DNA from: a virus
Reading direction: 5' to 3' (one strand)
Length of the DNA: 64,000 bases
IMG/VR virus record: IMGVR_UViG_3300035670_000160
Coordinates: 6,957 to 70,956 of that record
Numbering within the stretch: the first letter of the stretch is position 1; each line of letters opens with the position of its first letter. The position numbers and the translations under genes were made by a program. Below, piece by piece: positions 38,096 to 46,061 of this stretch. Below the pieces are notes generated by a model. It saw nothing but the letters and a program-made list of their open reading frames with translations, did no database searches and was not told the origin of the DNA.

Positions 38096-39109
38096 CGCTC
38101 TGATTTCGGCTTTGTAGTCGTTCGGGTCTAAAGGCAGACCTAATCTGTGAGCGAACTTCTTATGACTCTTATAGAAAACGTGTCTCAGAGTTTTTGACTC
38201 ATTAGGGTCTAGCTCCATACCTGATTGAAGTTTCTTCAAGAGATGTGAAATAATAAAGCTCTCTTGTGCTGAAGGATAACCTAAGTTCAGCACCTTTGTT
38301 AAGAATCCCACTTGGTTATTTGGAGAAATAACAGGGGGGAGTGCTTTAGGTGCTTTAACAGGTTCGTTTTCAATCTTTTCAAGAACACTCATCTGTCTAG
38401 GAGAGAGAGCCTTCCCTGACTGAATCTGCTTGAGGAGTCCTTCTAAGAAGCTAGTCTTAGACTTCTCAAGAGCTACCTGAACACGAGCTTCAAGTTCTTT
38501 ATCAGGACTTGGTGTCTGTGTGAACTTACGAAGAGCCGCGAGCTGTCTTGCACTCAAAGACTTGCCCATAGCGACTTGTTTCGCAAGACTCTCTAAGAAA
38601 GGATGTCCGGGGGCGACTTTAAGAGCCTCTTGTATTTCAGACTCTAGAGGACTCATAGTGACCATCTGAGTCCTGAGGCTTGGATTGTGAGTCATAACAC
38701 CCTGTAGCTGAGAAGAAATCTGAGCTTCAATCTTTTCAATCGCAGCTAACTGATTGGGGTGGAGAGGCTTCCCCGCGTTAACGATTGCAATCATTCCAAT
38801 CACAAAACGATTGTTAGGATAGACATCAATGATGTTAGTCAGACGTCTTAACATCTCATGGTCAATCGGAGGGGTTAAAAGCCCGCCTAAAAGTCTTTCG
38901 ACATGGGCTTGTACTTTGCGAAGGTCAGTCTTGCCGAGAACCTCAACCTTCACCTCTGTTGACGAGGGAGAAATTGCGCTGAGAGTCAGGGTGAAGGGGA
39001 TGAAACCCTGAACTTCAGTCTTATTTCTCTTAACGCCGAACAGTCTTTTGATTGCTGTAATGGAGGCGTATGCGACAATCACAGAGGTTTCGATTTTTTT
39101 AGCTCTCAT
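38084..39109 (-). CDS. protein with 3-4 copies of an F.E.L..Q...GK.LS.RQ helical repeat
   Basis: HPFLESLAKQVAMGKSLSARQL, SFLEGLLKQIQSGKALSPRQM. Confidence 0.65.
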   Translation of the reverse strand: MRAKKIETSVIVAYASITAIKRLFGVKRNKTEVQGFIPFTLTLSAISPSSTEVKVEVLGKTDLRKVQAHVERLLGGLLTPPIDHEMLRRLTNIIDVYPNNRFVIGMIAIVNAGKPLHPNQLAAIEKIEAQISSQLQGVMTHNPSLRTQMVTMSPLESEIQEALKVAPGHPFLESLAKQVAMGKSLSARQLAALRKFTQTPSPDKELEARVQVALEKSKTSFLEGLLKQIQSGKALSPRQMSVLEKIENEPVKAPKALPPVISPNNQVGFLTKVLNLGYPSAQESFIISHLLKKLQSGMELDPNESKTLRHVFYKSHKKFAHRLGLPLDPNDYKAEIRALFP

Positions 39110-39213
39110 AAGTACTCCATTCTAAACTAGAACTTCTCATCTTGGAAAGAAACATATAAAGAACTTACAAAAAAATTGGAAAACAGGGTATAACTCTGAT
39201 ATATAGAGAGTAC

Positions 39214-39286
39214 CTTCCCATCGTCTAGAGGTCTAGGACACCGCCCTTTCAAGGCGGGTACACGGGTTCAAATCCCGTTGGGAGGA
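39214..39286 (+). tRNA. tRNA-Glu(TTC)
   Basis: CCGCC-CTTTCAA-GGCGG anticodon arm; GGTTCAAATCC T-loop. Confidence 0.9.
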
Positions 39287-39290
39287 CTAA

Positions 39291-39363
39291 GGGTTGTTAG
39301 CTCAGTAGGTAGAGCAGCGGACTTTTAATCCGTTGGTCTGGGGTTCGAGCCCCCAACGACCCA
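39291..39363 (+). tRNA. tRNA-Lys(TTT)
   Basis: GCGGA-CTTTTAA-TCCGT; GGTTCGAGCC. Confidence 0.92.
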
Positions 39364-39369
39364 TTACTT

Positions 39370-39452
39370 GCCGATATGGTGGAATAGGTAGACACAGGGG
39401 ACTTAAAATCCCCCGACCAAAAGTCTTGCGGGTTCAAGTCCCGCTGTCGGTA
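39370..39452 (+). tRNA. tRNA-Leu(TAA)
   Basis: GGGGA-CTTAAAA-TCCCC; long variable arm; GGTTCAAGTCC. Confidence 0.92.
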
Positions 39453-39456
39453 GTTT

Positions 39457-39538
39457 GCTCAGATGGCGGAATCGGTAGACGCGGCGGATTCAAAATCCGT
39501 TTCCTTCGGGAGTGTGGGTTCAAGTCCCATTCTGAGTA
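39457..39538 (+). tRNA. tRNA-Leu(CAA)
   Basis: GCGGA-TTCAAAA-TCCGT; variable arm TCCTTCGGGA. Confidence 0.92.
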
Positions 39539-39542
39539 CTCA

Positions 39543-39581
39543 AAGAAACCCCCTAAGACCCCCCCTCTTAGGGGGTTTCTT
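39543..39581. terminator. intrinsic terminator after tRNA cluster
   Basis: AAGAAACCCCCTAAGA-C7-TCTTAGGGGGTTTCTT 16-bp stem. Confidence 0.8.
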
Positions 39582-39810
39582 CTTCTTCCTCTGCGTCTTC
39601 CAAAATCTCAATCAAATCACTATTTCTACCCTGCCTCGCTAGATTAGAAAAAATAAAGTAAGAAATAAACCCAAGACCCATCCACTCAAAGCTACCTTCT
39701 AAGGGCATACACGCGATATATAAAAGCGCGGCTATGACCAAAAGATAGAAGTTATTTCTCAGTCTGCTTTGTAGCTGTTTCGCTTTTATTAGAGACTTAT
39801 TTCTAGCCAT
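39568..39810 (-). CDS. small two-TM membrane protein
   Basis: AGGAGG SD; two hydrophobic segments, acidic tail. Confidence 0.6.
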   Translation of the reverse strand: MARNKSLIKAKQLQSRLRNNFYLLVIAALLYIACMPLEGSFEWMGLGFISYFIFSNLARQGRNSDLIEILEDAEEEEETP

Positions 39811-39841
39811 GTTAAAAACCTCCTGCGAGAAAGATAAAAGT

Positions 39842-40159
39842 ATGTGGGTCGTGTATGTTCTTCAGAGTCAAATCCCAAGACTATCTTCTAAAGGGAAGCC
39901 TCTAGAGGGCTTTTTCTATGTGGGTTCGACCACAGATGTACATAGAAGACTCCGCCAACACAACGGAGAAATAAAAGGCGGCGGGAAATACACATCTAAA
40001 CACAGACCTTGGGCTTTAATGTGTGTCTATGGGACTTTTGAAAATCGTTCGGAAGCGATGAAGGCTGAAATGGCTGTTAAGAAACTAAGAGGGAAGGCTC
40101 GACTCTCTTGGGACTCCAATAGAATTATTTCTCAAGCTCAAGAACTGACTCAGAACTAG
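39842..40159 (+). CDS. GIY-YIG endonuclease, SLX1-like
   Basis: VVYVL..YVGSTTD..RRLRQHNGEIKGG.KYT..RPW..AMKAE. Confidence 0.88.
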   Translation: MWVVYVLQSQIPRLSSKGKPLEGFFYVGSTTDVHRRLRQHNGEIKGGGKYTSKHRPWALMCVYGTFENRSEAMKAEMAVKKLRGKARLSWDSNRIISQAQELTQN

Positions 40160-40177
40160 CGATACTCACATTCTGAT

Positions 40178-40675
40178 ATGAACCTCCTGTCAAAAGGAGA
40201 TGTAAATATCATGCCTCAAATTTTAATCTGCACATCTTGCAATCTGCCCCATATTTCAGAGTACGCTAAGAAATGTCTTGTTTGTTGGAAGCGCGCGTCT
40301 GGCTTTGATTTAAGCAAAGCAGATTTAGCTCATGAGAGATTGGCTCAGGCTTTCTCAGAAGTTCTGAGTCAGTCTCAAAACACAACCTCTACTTCAAACC
40401 CAAATCTTCAAGCAGAGATAAATAAACTTCAAGCCGAAAATAAGAAGTTGGATGCCGAGAAATATGCTCTCATGATGCAGATTTCTCAGCTAAATGTCAA
40501 GATTTACACTATGGAGCATGAGGTGCGTGCCTTGAGGAATAACCCGCCCTCAAGCTCTGCCCTTCCTCAAGATAAGATTAAAGACCTTATTTCTTTGTGT
40601 CATCCTGACCGACATGGAAATAGCGCACTTGCTACTCAAGTCACGCAATGGTTGCTATCTATCCGCAAGAAATAA
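40178..40675 (+). CDS. zinc finger-coiled coil protein with truncated J-domain (HPD)
   Basis: CTSC..CLVC; LISLCHPDRHG. Confidence 0.65.
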   Translation: MNLLSKGDVNIMPQILICTSCNLPHISEYAKKCLVCWKRASGFDLSKADLAHERLAQAFSEVLSQSQNTTSTSNPNLQAEINKLQAENKKLDAEKYALMMQISQLNVKIYTMEHEVRALRNNPPSSSALPQDKIKDLISLCHPDRHGNSALATQVTQWLLSIRKK

Positions 40676-40708
40676 GGGTATAATCTTAATAATCTTCTCA
40701 CCACAAAT

Positions 40709-42145
40709 ATGGAGTCTTATGTGGATAATTCCCAAGAACTTACACACATCTCACTTTGTGCAGGATACGGAGGAATTGATATCGGACTTACAAGAGCAAT
40801 CCGAAATGTGCGAACAATCGCTTTTAGTGAGATCGAATCCTTTGCCTGCGCGAACTTGGTTGCGAAAATGGAAGCAGGACTCTTGGACCCAGCTCCTATC
40901 TGGACGGATCTTAAGACCTTCCCATGGGGAGCTTTTCGTGGGAAAGTGGACATCTTGTCAGGAGGCTTCCCTTGCCAGCCATTTAGCACAGCAGGCTCTC
41001 GCAGAGGAGACGAAGACCCCCGACACCTCTTCCCCCATATCTTACGAGGACTCCGAGAACTTGGAGGACCTCCCCTTGTTTTCCTCGAAAATGTCGAGGG
41101 AATACTCTCCTCAAAGCTCGCAGGAGAAGGGTGGAACGACCCACAAGGCACTCCCGTTTTGCTTCATGTCCTTAGAGAGTTGGAACGATTGGGTTATAGC
41201 GCGACGGCAGGAGTATTCTCAGCGGCTGAAGTGGGTGCGCCACATCAAAGAAAAAGAATCTTTATTCTTGGAGTCCGAACAGATATTGGAGATGAGGGGA
41301 GAAGGAGAGTCAACGAACTTTTGGCGCACTCCAACTGCCCAAGAGAGCGGACAAGAGGAGAACTTAACGGACAAGGATGGGTTGCCTTGGATGGGTCAGG
41401 GTCGTGCGTATCGGGCGAATGGAACCTTCAAGAGTATGACATTAAATCTACAGGTAGCCGCAGATGCGAAACTATGGGGGACTCCGAGAGTAGGGCTTTC
41501 AGCGGGAGGGGGGGGCAATCCCAACAGCAAAGAGTTTCCTTGCAGGCTAGAGAACCAAGTGCAGATGGCATGGCCGACTCCTACAACACAGGAGATTCCG
41601 CACTACGAGATGACGCTAACGCCAACGGGGAGGCGCGCAGGGGTGAGCGAGGGTGCGACGAGCCACGGCTTGAACTTATGGGACGCCGCGAGAACAGACC
41701 CGACTACTCAGAATTGGGCGACTCCAACGACAATGGATTATCTGCCACCGAGGGCAACGGAAGCATTAGTGCGTCAAGCGACAGGGTCGAGGAAGGGGAG
41801 GACTGCTCCATGTACTCTGAGAGAGCAAGTAGATCCCACCAGCTTAGAGATATACTCTTCTCTACTCAATGGTCCGCAGGAAGAGGATCACCTCAGTACT
41901 CTTGGGAACCCCCAAGAGTCACACCAAGAGGAAGTGACTCAGACTCAGACTCAGACGGAGAAGGGATTCTTGAATCCTCGTTGGGTGGAAACCCTGATGG
42001 GGCTTCCTGTGGGATGGGTTATGCCCTCTTGTGCGTCAGTTTGGACTCCAGAACTGATGAACTCAGACTTCTTGGGAACGGAGTCGTCCCCGCAACAGCA
42101 GAACGAGCCTTCCGAACTTTATGGCACTCCTTGTGTGGAGTCTGA
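40709..42145 (+). CDS. DNA (cytosine-5)-methyltransferase, alpha-type polypeptide (motifs I-VIII and X, no motif IX)
   Basis: SLCAGYGG, GGFPCQPFS, LENVEG, GAPHQRKR, LRLLGNGVVP. Confidence 0.9.
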   Translation: MESYVDNSQELTHISLCAGYGGIDIGLTRAIRNVRTIAFSEIESFACANLVAKMEAGLLDPAPIWTDLKTFPWGAFRGKVDILSGGFPCQPFSTAGSRRGDEDPRHLFPHILRGLRELGGPPLVFLENVEGILSSKLAGEGWNDPQGTPVLLHVLRELERLGYSATAGVFSAAEVGAPHQRKRIFILGVRTDIGDEGRRRVNELLAHSNCPRERTRGELNGQGWVALDGSGSCVSGEWNLQEYDIKSTGSRRCETMGDSESRAFSGRGGQSQQQRVSLQAREPSADGMADSYNTGDSALRDDANANGEARRGERGCDEPRLELMGRRENRPDYSELGDSNDNGLSATEGNGSISASSDRVEEGEDCSMYSERASRSHQLRDILFSTQWSAGRGSPQYSWEPPRVTPRGSDSDSDSDGEGILESSLGGNPDGASCGMGYALLCVSLDSRTDELRLLGNGVVPATAERAFRTLWHSLCGV

Positions 42146-42485
42146 GGATGTGAAAAATTGGGCGACACCTACTACGAGAGATTATAAAGATGCTTCAAAT
42201 CATCGTGCAAGAAGTCCGAGTAAGAATGGTGTTTGGGAGAGAAACAACTCTCTTCCTACGCAAGTAGGCATGACAGAGAACTACTCTGGGGCATTAAATC
42301 CACGCTGGGTAGAGACTCTGATGGGGCTTCCTGTGGGGTGGACTATGCCCTCCGCCAATTTAGAACCCCCCCCTCAAAGAACAACAGAAATAAAAAACAC
42401 CAAGTCAACAGAAATAAAAAAGAATAAAACCAAGAAATCTCAACACTTAGACGGGCTACAGGGTCTATTTGAAGACGAGGATTGA
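40719..42485 (+). CDS. overlapping alternative-frame methyltransferase partner (beta-type) with WxTP modules and two motif IX copies
   Basis: open for >580 codons inside the MTase; LNPRWVETLMGLPVGW x2; GGAG before ATG 40719. Confidence 0.75.
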   Translation: MWIIPKNLHTSHFVQDTEELISDLQEQSEMCEQSLLVRSNPLPARTWLRKWKQDSWTQLLSGRILRPSHGELFVGKWTSCQEASLASHLAQQALAEETKTPDTSSPISYEDSENLEDLPLFSSKMSREYSPQSSQEKGGTTHKALPFCFMSLESWNDWVIARRQEYSQRLKWVRHIKEKESLFLESEQILEMRGEGESTNFWRTPTAQESGQEENLTDKDGLPWMGQGRAYRANGTFKSMTLNLQVAADAKLWGTPRVGLSAGGGGNPNSKEFPCRLENQVQMAWPTPTTQEIPHYEMTLTPTGRRAGVSEGATSHGLNLWDAARTDPTTQNWATPTTMDYLPPRATEALVRQATGSRKGRTAPCTLREQVDPTSLEIYSSLLNGPQEEDHLSTLGNPQESHQEEVTQTQTQTEKGFLNPRWVETLMGLPVGWVMPSCASVWTPELMNSDFLGTESSPQQQNEPSELYGTPCVESEDVKNWATPTTRDYKDASNHRARSPSKNGVWERNNSLPTQVGMTENYSGALNPRWVETLMGLPVGWTMPSANLEPPPQRTTEIKNTKSTEIKKNKTKKSQHLDGLQGLFEDED

Positions 42486-42572
42486 TTATTTAGTGGTTAT
42501 TTCTTGACACACTCTGTCGGTTCGGATATGAGTTATACGCTAGAGCGATTATTTCTCATAAAGGAGAGACAG

Positions 42573-42806
42573 ATGTCGAATACACCGAGAGTGCAGTCCA
42601 ATCGTTTTCATTCGGAGATAGAGTACACTCGTGCGAACGGCGAGGGAGTTCATTCAGATTTGATGGGTGGGGATTTTTCAAAGATGGTGTTGGACTCGGA
42701 GGCTCGTCAGATGTTGCATGACGCTTTGGATGAGTGGTTGAATAACTCTAATGGGACAGGTCATTTTGTGATTTCTTCGGAGAAGTCTCCGATTTTGGAG
42801 GATTGA
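42573..42806 (+). CDS. hypothetical protein
   Basis: AAGGAG SD. Confidence 0.6.
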   Translation: MSNTPRVQSNRFHSEIEYTRANGEGVHSDLMGGDFSKMVLDSEARQMLHDALDEWLNNSNGTGHFVISSEKSPILED

Positions 42807-43114
42807 CTTTGAGTGAGGATAAGAAAGACCCAAAGTGGGATGAGGAGCGAGTACTACTCGTTGTGAACCTGCTTCAGTTGCAAGTGTCAGCGCGCAAAGC
42901 GATAGATAATCACTTTAATGCGTCTATTTTTTTCGGTGTCATCTCGCTATTGATAGCCACTACGGGGGATTTGACCAGCGTGTTCTCGCTGTTCTTGTTA
43001 GTGTCCTTCATCTTTCTAGGGGTAGTGCATACTTATCTTTACGAGAAGCAGACCCAACATTTTCAAGACCTTCAGCAGAAGCTACGAGAGGAGATTTCAA
43101 AAGATGATGAGTAG
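42803..43114 (+). CDS. two-TM membrane protein
   Basis: hydrophobic central hairpin. Confidence 0.55.
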   Translation: MTLSEDKKDPKWDEERVLLVVNLLQLQVSARKAIDNHFNASIFFGVISLLIATTGDLTSVFSLFLLVSFIFLGVVHTYLYEKQTQHFQDLQQKLREEISKDDE

Positions 43115-43505
43115 CCTCTACTCTAACTTGCTAGAGGGAGTCTGTGCGATTCTTATTAACAAGAACGCGCCTCCTATTTCTGAGATGCCTCCTGTGTTTT
43201 TTAAATATCAACATAGTGAGGACTCTATAAGAGTTTATGGGTTCAGTATTCTTCCTGAGTCAGATTGGAATGATTTTGTAACGACAGAAGTGTGTAAAGA
43301 TACTTCTGATGGTTTTATTGTCTGTGCTACTCTGCGTGTAGATGATAGACCTGAGCCTTATTTCTCAATGTCTGTGTTTGGTGAGTCTATGCAGGGGCAG
43401 GGGAGTTTCATATTTCCGCTTAGACAGATTGGTTGTTCAGATTGTCGGTACACAGATTTTGATATACGGGATATTTGGCATGATTTTGATTTGGTGCGTC
43501 ACTAG
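43104..43505 (+). CDS. hypothetical protein
   Basis: GAGGAG SD; coupled ORF. Confidence 0.55.
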   Translation: MMSSLYSNLLEGVCAILINKNAPPISEMPPVFFKYQHSEDSIRVYGFSILPESDWNDFVTTEVCKDTSDGFIVCATLRVDDRPEPYFSMSVFGESMQGQGSFIFPLRQIGCSDCRYTDFDIRDIWHDFDLVRH

Positions 43506-43554
43506 ATGATTTATTTCTCCTTCTTGGGTGAGTCACCTAAGAAGGAGAAATAAA

Positions 43555-43998
43555 ATGGCAACGCCACTATCCAAAGACCAAAAGACGAATGTAGAATGCA
43601 CAAAGAACTTCAAGTATTCGGAGCTTGAGTTTTATGATGTGATTCCACCAGAGTTTATGGCGAACGCGACAGCTCTTTTAGAGAACTTGCAGGTGATAAG
43701 AGACGCGGCGAACGCTCCTATAACAATCATCAGTGGGTATCGTTCAGCCGCGCGTAATGCAGCAGTTGGTGGGAAAGACAAGTCCCTTCATCTTCAGGCA
43801 GCCGCTGCGGATATTAAGATTAAGGGTATGACCTCTACACAGGTGCATACCCTTATCAGTAAGCTGATAAAAGAGGGTAAGGTATATAATGGGGGGTTGG
43901 GGGTCTATGACGATTTTTGTCACTACGATGTCAGAAGTGAGGCTACGGGGCATAAGCAGGGCGCTCGTTGGGATGAACGTTCGGGTGCTGTAAAATGA
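43555..43998 (+). CDS. peptidase M15 (D-Ala-D-Ala carboxypeptidase-like) endolysin/peptidoglycan hydrolase
   Basis: ISGYRS..N..VGG...SLHL..AADI..GLGVY..FCHYDVR. Confidence 0.88.
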   Translation: MATPLSKDQKTNVECTKNFKYSELEFYDVIPPEFMANATALLENLQVIRDAANAPITIISGYRSAARNAAVGGKDKSLHLQAAAADIKIKGMTSTQVHTLISKLIKEGKVYNGGLGVYDDFCHYDVRSEATGHKQGARWDERSGAVK

Positions 43999-44912
43999 GA
44001 AGAAGGGGGGGGTTAGTAAAGCCTCCAAAAGAGCTTACCGAAAAGATAATTGCATGGGCAATATCTAGGGTAAGTAATTATATAATAGAGGCTTTAAACG
44101 AGCGTAAAAAACTTACGGAAAAGCCTATTGAGTTAAAACACATAAAGCGTTTGATTGATGATTTTAAGCCTTATAAAAAAAGATTAATGAGCAAGGCTTT
44201 CAAAAAATCTTTCCCTATAGCTTTAGGGAAAGATTGGTACATGAGCCAATCTGCTTTTAATAGACGCTTAAAAGAGCTTCGAGAAGAAGGGACTCAATTT
44301 TCTATTAATGCACTTGATTGGGGGGAGATAAAGGTGATTATAGAATTTGGGGACTCTCATGGGGGAGTTTGGTTAGGGCAAGACTTTACTCTAAAAATCA
44401 TTATTCCAGACTATCGGGTTCAGATATTAGATGGTTTATATTATTCAGCTCAAGGAGTTTACAATCAAATCGCACACACCATTCACCATGAAATGGTCCA
44501 CGCGACCCAAAGTATCTTATCTTTTATAAAGCTGAGAAGGAAAAACTATGAATTGGGTCTTCCCTCATTAAGACTGCAAACCAAGACCGAAAAGTATCAA
44601 GAACCAAACATATCAAGGGAAGAGTTAATAAAACGCCATACTCTTAACGATATTGAGTTCTATGCAAATTTGAGAACTGCAATAGATGAGTTCAAGTACA
44701 TTTTGCAAACTCGTGAGATACAATCTTTACAGCAAAAGAATAGAGTTCTCAGCTTTGATGAAAAGAGTCTGCTCTTCAAGAGTTTCATCGGGATGGAGCG
44801 AGGTTCTTCAAGTCTAGTCCAACCTCCCGATTTCTTTTGCATATTAAAGCGATATGCACCTCAGAAGTGGAAAAAAGCGGTGTCCGAGGCGTATGTAGAG
44901 TTATTCAGGTAA
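43995..44912 (+). CDS. putative zincin-like metallopeptidase
   Basis: TIHHEMVHATQ (HExxH) and downstream IEFYA. Confidence 0.6.
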   Translation: MRRRGGLVKPPKELTEKIIAWAISRVSNYIIEALNERKKLTEKPIELKHIKRLIDDFKPYKKRLMSKAFKKSFPIALGKDWYMSQSAFNRRLKELREEGTQFSINALDWGEIKVIIEFGDSHGGVWLGQDFTLKIIIPDYRVQILDGLYYSAQGVYNQIAHTIHHEMVHATQSILSFIKLRRKNYELGLPSLRLQTKTEKYQEPNISREELIKRHTLNDIEFYANLRTAIDEFKYILQTREIQSLQQKNRVLSFDEKSLLFKSFIGMERGSSSLVQPPDFFCILKRYAPQKWKKAVSEAYVELFR

Positions 44913-45170
44913 ATTTTCATTCTTTTCTTTTTCGAGTCTGCGTTTAGTTGCTTCTTCTTTTTGTTTCTTAAGGGTTATCCTAGTCTTAGGGGCATATGTT
45001 TTCGTAGTACGCTCAAAGTAGCCTGTGGCTTTGCGGATATGGTACAAGCATTTCGCGCAAAGACCTGTCCCATCTTCCCAAATGAGCCCCCAACCAAGTC
45101 TTGACTGTGGGAGTTCCTTCCCACAACCTGTACAATGACCGAGTTTTCGTTCTTTTTTAGCTAAATCCAT
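44901..45170 (-). CDS. small zinc-finger protein
   Basis: CTGCG...CAKC; GGAGG SD. Confidence 0.6.
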   Translation of the reverse strand: MDLAKKERKLGHCTGCGKELPQSRLGWGLIWEDGTGLCAKCLYHIRKATGYFERTTKTYAPKTRITLKKQKEEATKRRLEKEKNENLPE

Positions 45171-45219
45171 ATATGTCCTCCCACGTTAGACTTGCCACAT
45201 CTTACACTAAACGACGGAG

Positions 45220-45549
45220 TTGCAGATGATCTTTCTACTTACTTTGAACCTTTATTTCTCAACAGAGTATAGCGCAGAGCAAGCCACAGCGGAGAGGGTG
45301 CGCTTCACAAGTCTCAGGAACTTGGCAGTCGCGTCTGCTCGTAGGTATTCTTGTGGGGAGTTGACACAACTCGATGAGTACTTGGAGAGAGCTAGACACA
45401 CCTATGACCGCTTGGAAGGTGAAACCAATAAAGTAGCTTTGTTATTTCTCAACAACTACTTTTTTTATATGGTCTATAAGATAAATGAGGAGAGCAACAA
45501 GTTGTTCTGCGGGGAGTGTTGGGAAGGAGACTGTTTATCTGAGAGATGA
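45220..45549 (+). CDS. putative exported protein (paralog of 45546)
   Basis: hydrophobic N-terminus; C-terminal C..C.EG.CL. Confidence 0.5.
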   Translation: MQMIFLLTLNLYFSTEYSAEQATAERVRFTSLRNLAVASARRYSCGELTQLDEYLERARHTYDRLEGETNKVALLFLNNYFFYMVYKINEESNKLFCGECWEGDCLSER

Positions 45550-46004
45550 CTATGAAGTGGTTATTGTTGAGCGCAATCTTATTTTATCCTTTTGAGCTTT
45601 TGGCGACTCCGCCTTATTTCACAGAGGGGGAGATACGACATCAGAGACTTCAGAAGGGTGAGGGTTTGAGTTCTGAAGAAATGTTTGAGGAAGCCTTGAG
45701 TTATCGGCTCAGGTTTCCTGCTCTCTTAAAGAGCGCGCGGGGACTTGTTGAAGATGAGATGACCGCCATCATGTGTGCTTATTTACCCTATCGCGGATTG
45801 CGTAAAGAAATAGAGAACGCGACACAGAAATATCGTCTGCTTTTGAGTTCTCTAATCTTAGAGGATAAAGATAAAGTGTTGTACTTGTATGCGGATTTCT
45901 TTGTTTCTTTGAAGAGAATCTATGATTTGTTTGATGTGATTTATGAGTGTGTGCCTTGTGAGGGTGGCGGGTGTTTGTACCAATATTCATCTTATGGGCT
46001 TTGA
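45546..46004 (+). CDS. putative exported protein (paralog of 45220)
   Basis: signal-like MKWLLLSAILFY; CVPCEGGGCL. Confidence 0.55.
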   Translation: MTMKWLLLSAILFYPFELLATPPYFTEGEIRHQRLQKGEGLSSEEMFEEALSYRLRFPALLKSARGLVEDEMTAIMCAYLPYRGLRKEIENATQKYRLLLSSLILEDKDKVLYLYADFFVSLKRIYDLFDVIYECVPCEGGGCLYQYSSYGL

Positions 46005-46061
46005 GGTGATATTTTATCTATCTGTATAATCAGAGGAAATAACAGATAGAAGGAGACCGCT

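Noticed and set aside
39333-39647. 104-aa ORF in the track
   Set aside because: It overlaps three tRNA genes and a terminator, so it is a spurious translation.
42233-42427. 64-aa ORF resembling part of the MTase alpha frame
   Set aside because: It is a shadow of the duplicated motif IX cassette, with no catalytic motifs or clear SD.
42381-42440. Short imperfect 24-bp repeat (CAACAGAAATAAAAAA x2)
   Set aside because: It is a low-complexity Lys/Thr tail with only two copies, covered by the heptamer finding.
40614-42485. Explaining the two MTase frames as a sequencing frameshift or pseudogene
   Set aside because: Both frames stay open in parallel for ~1.4 kb, and motif X returns in frame A after motif IX in frame B. 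A single indel cannot produce this.
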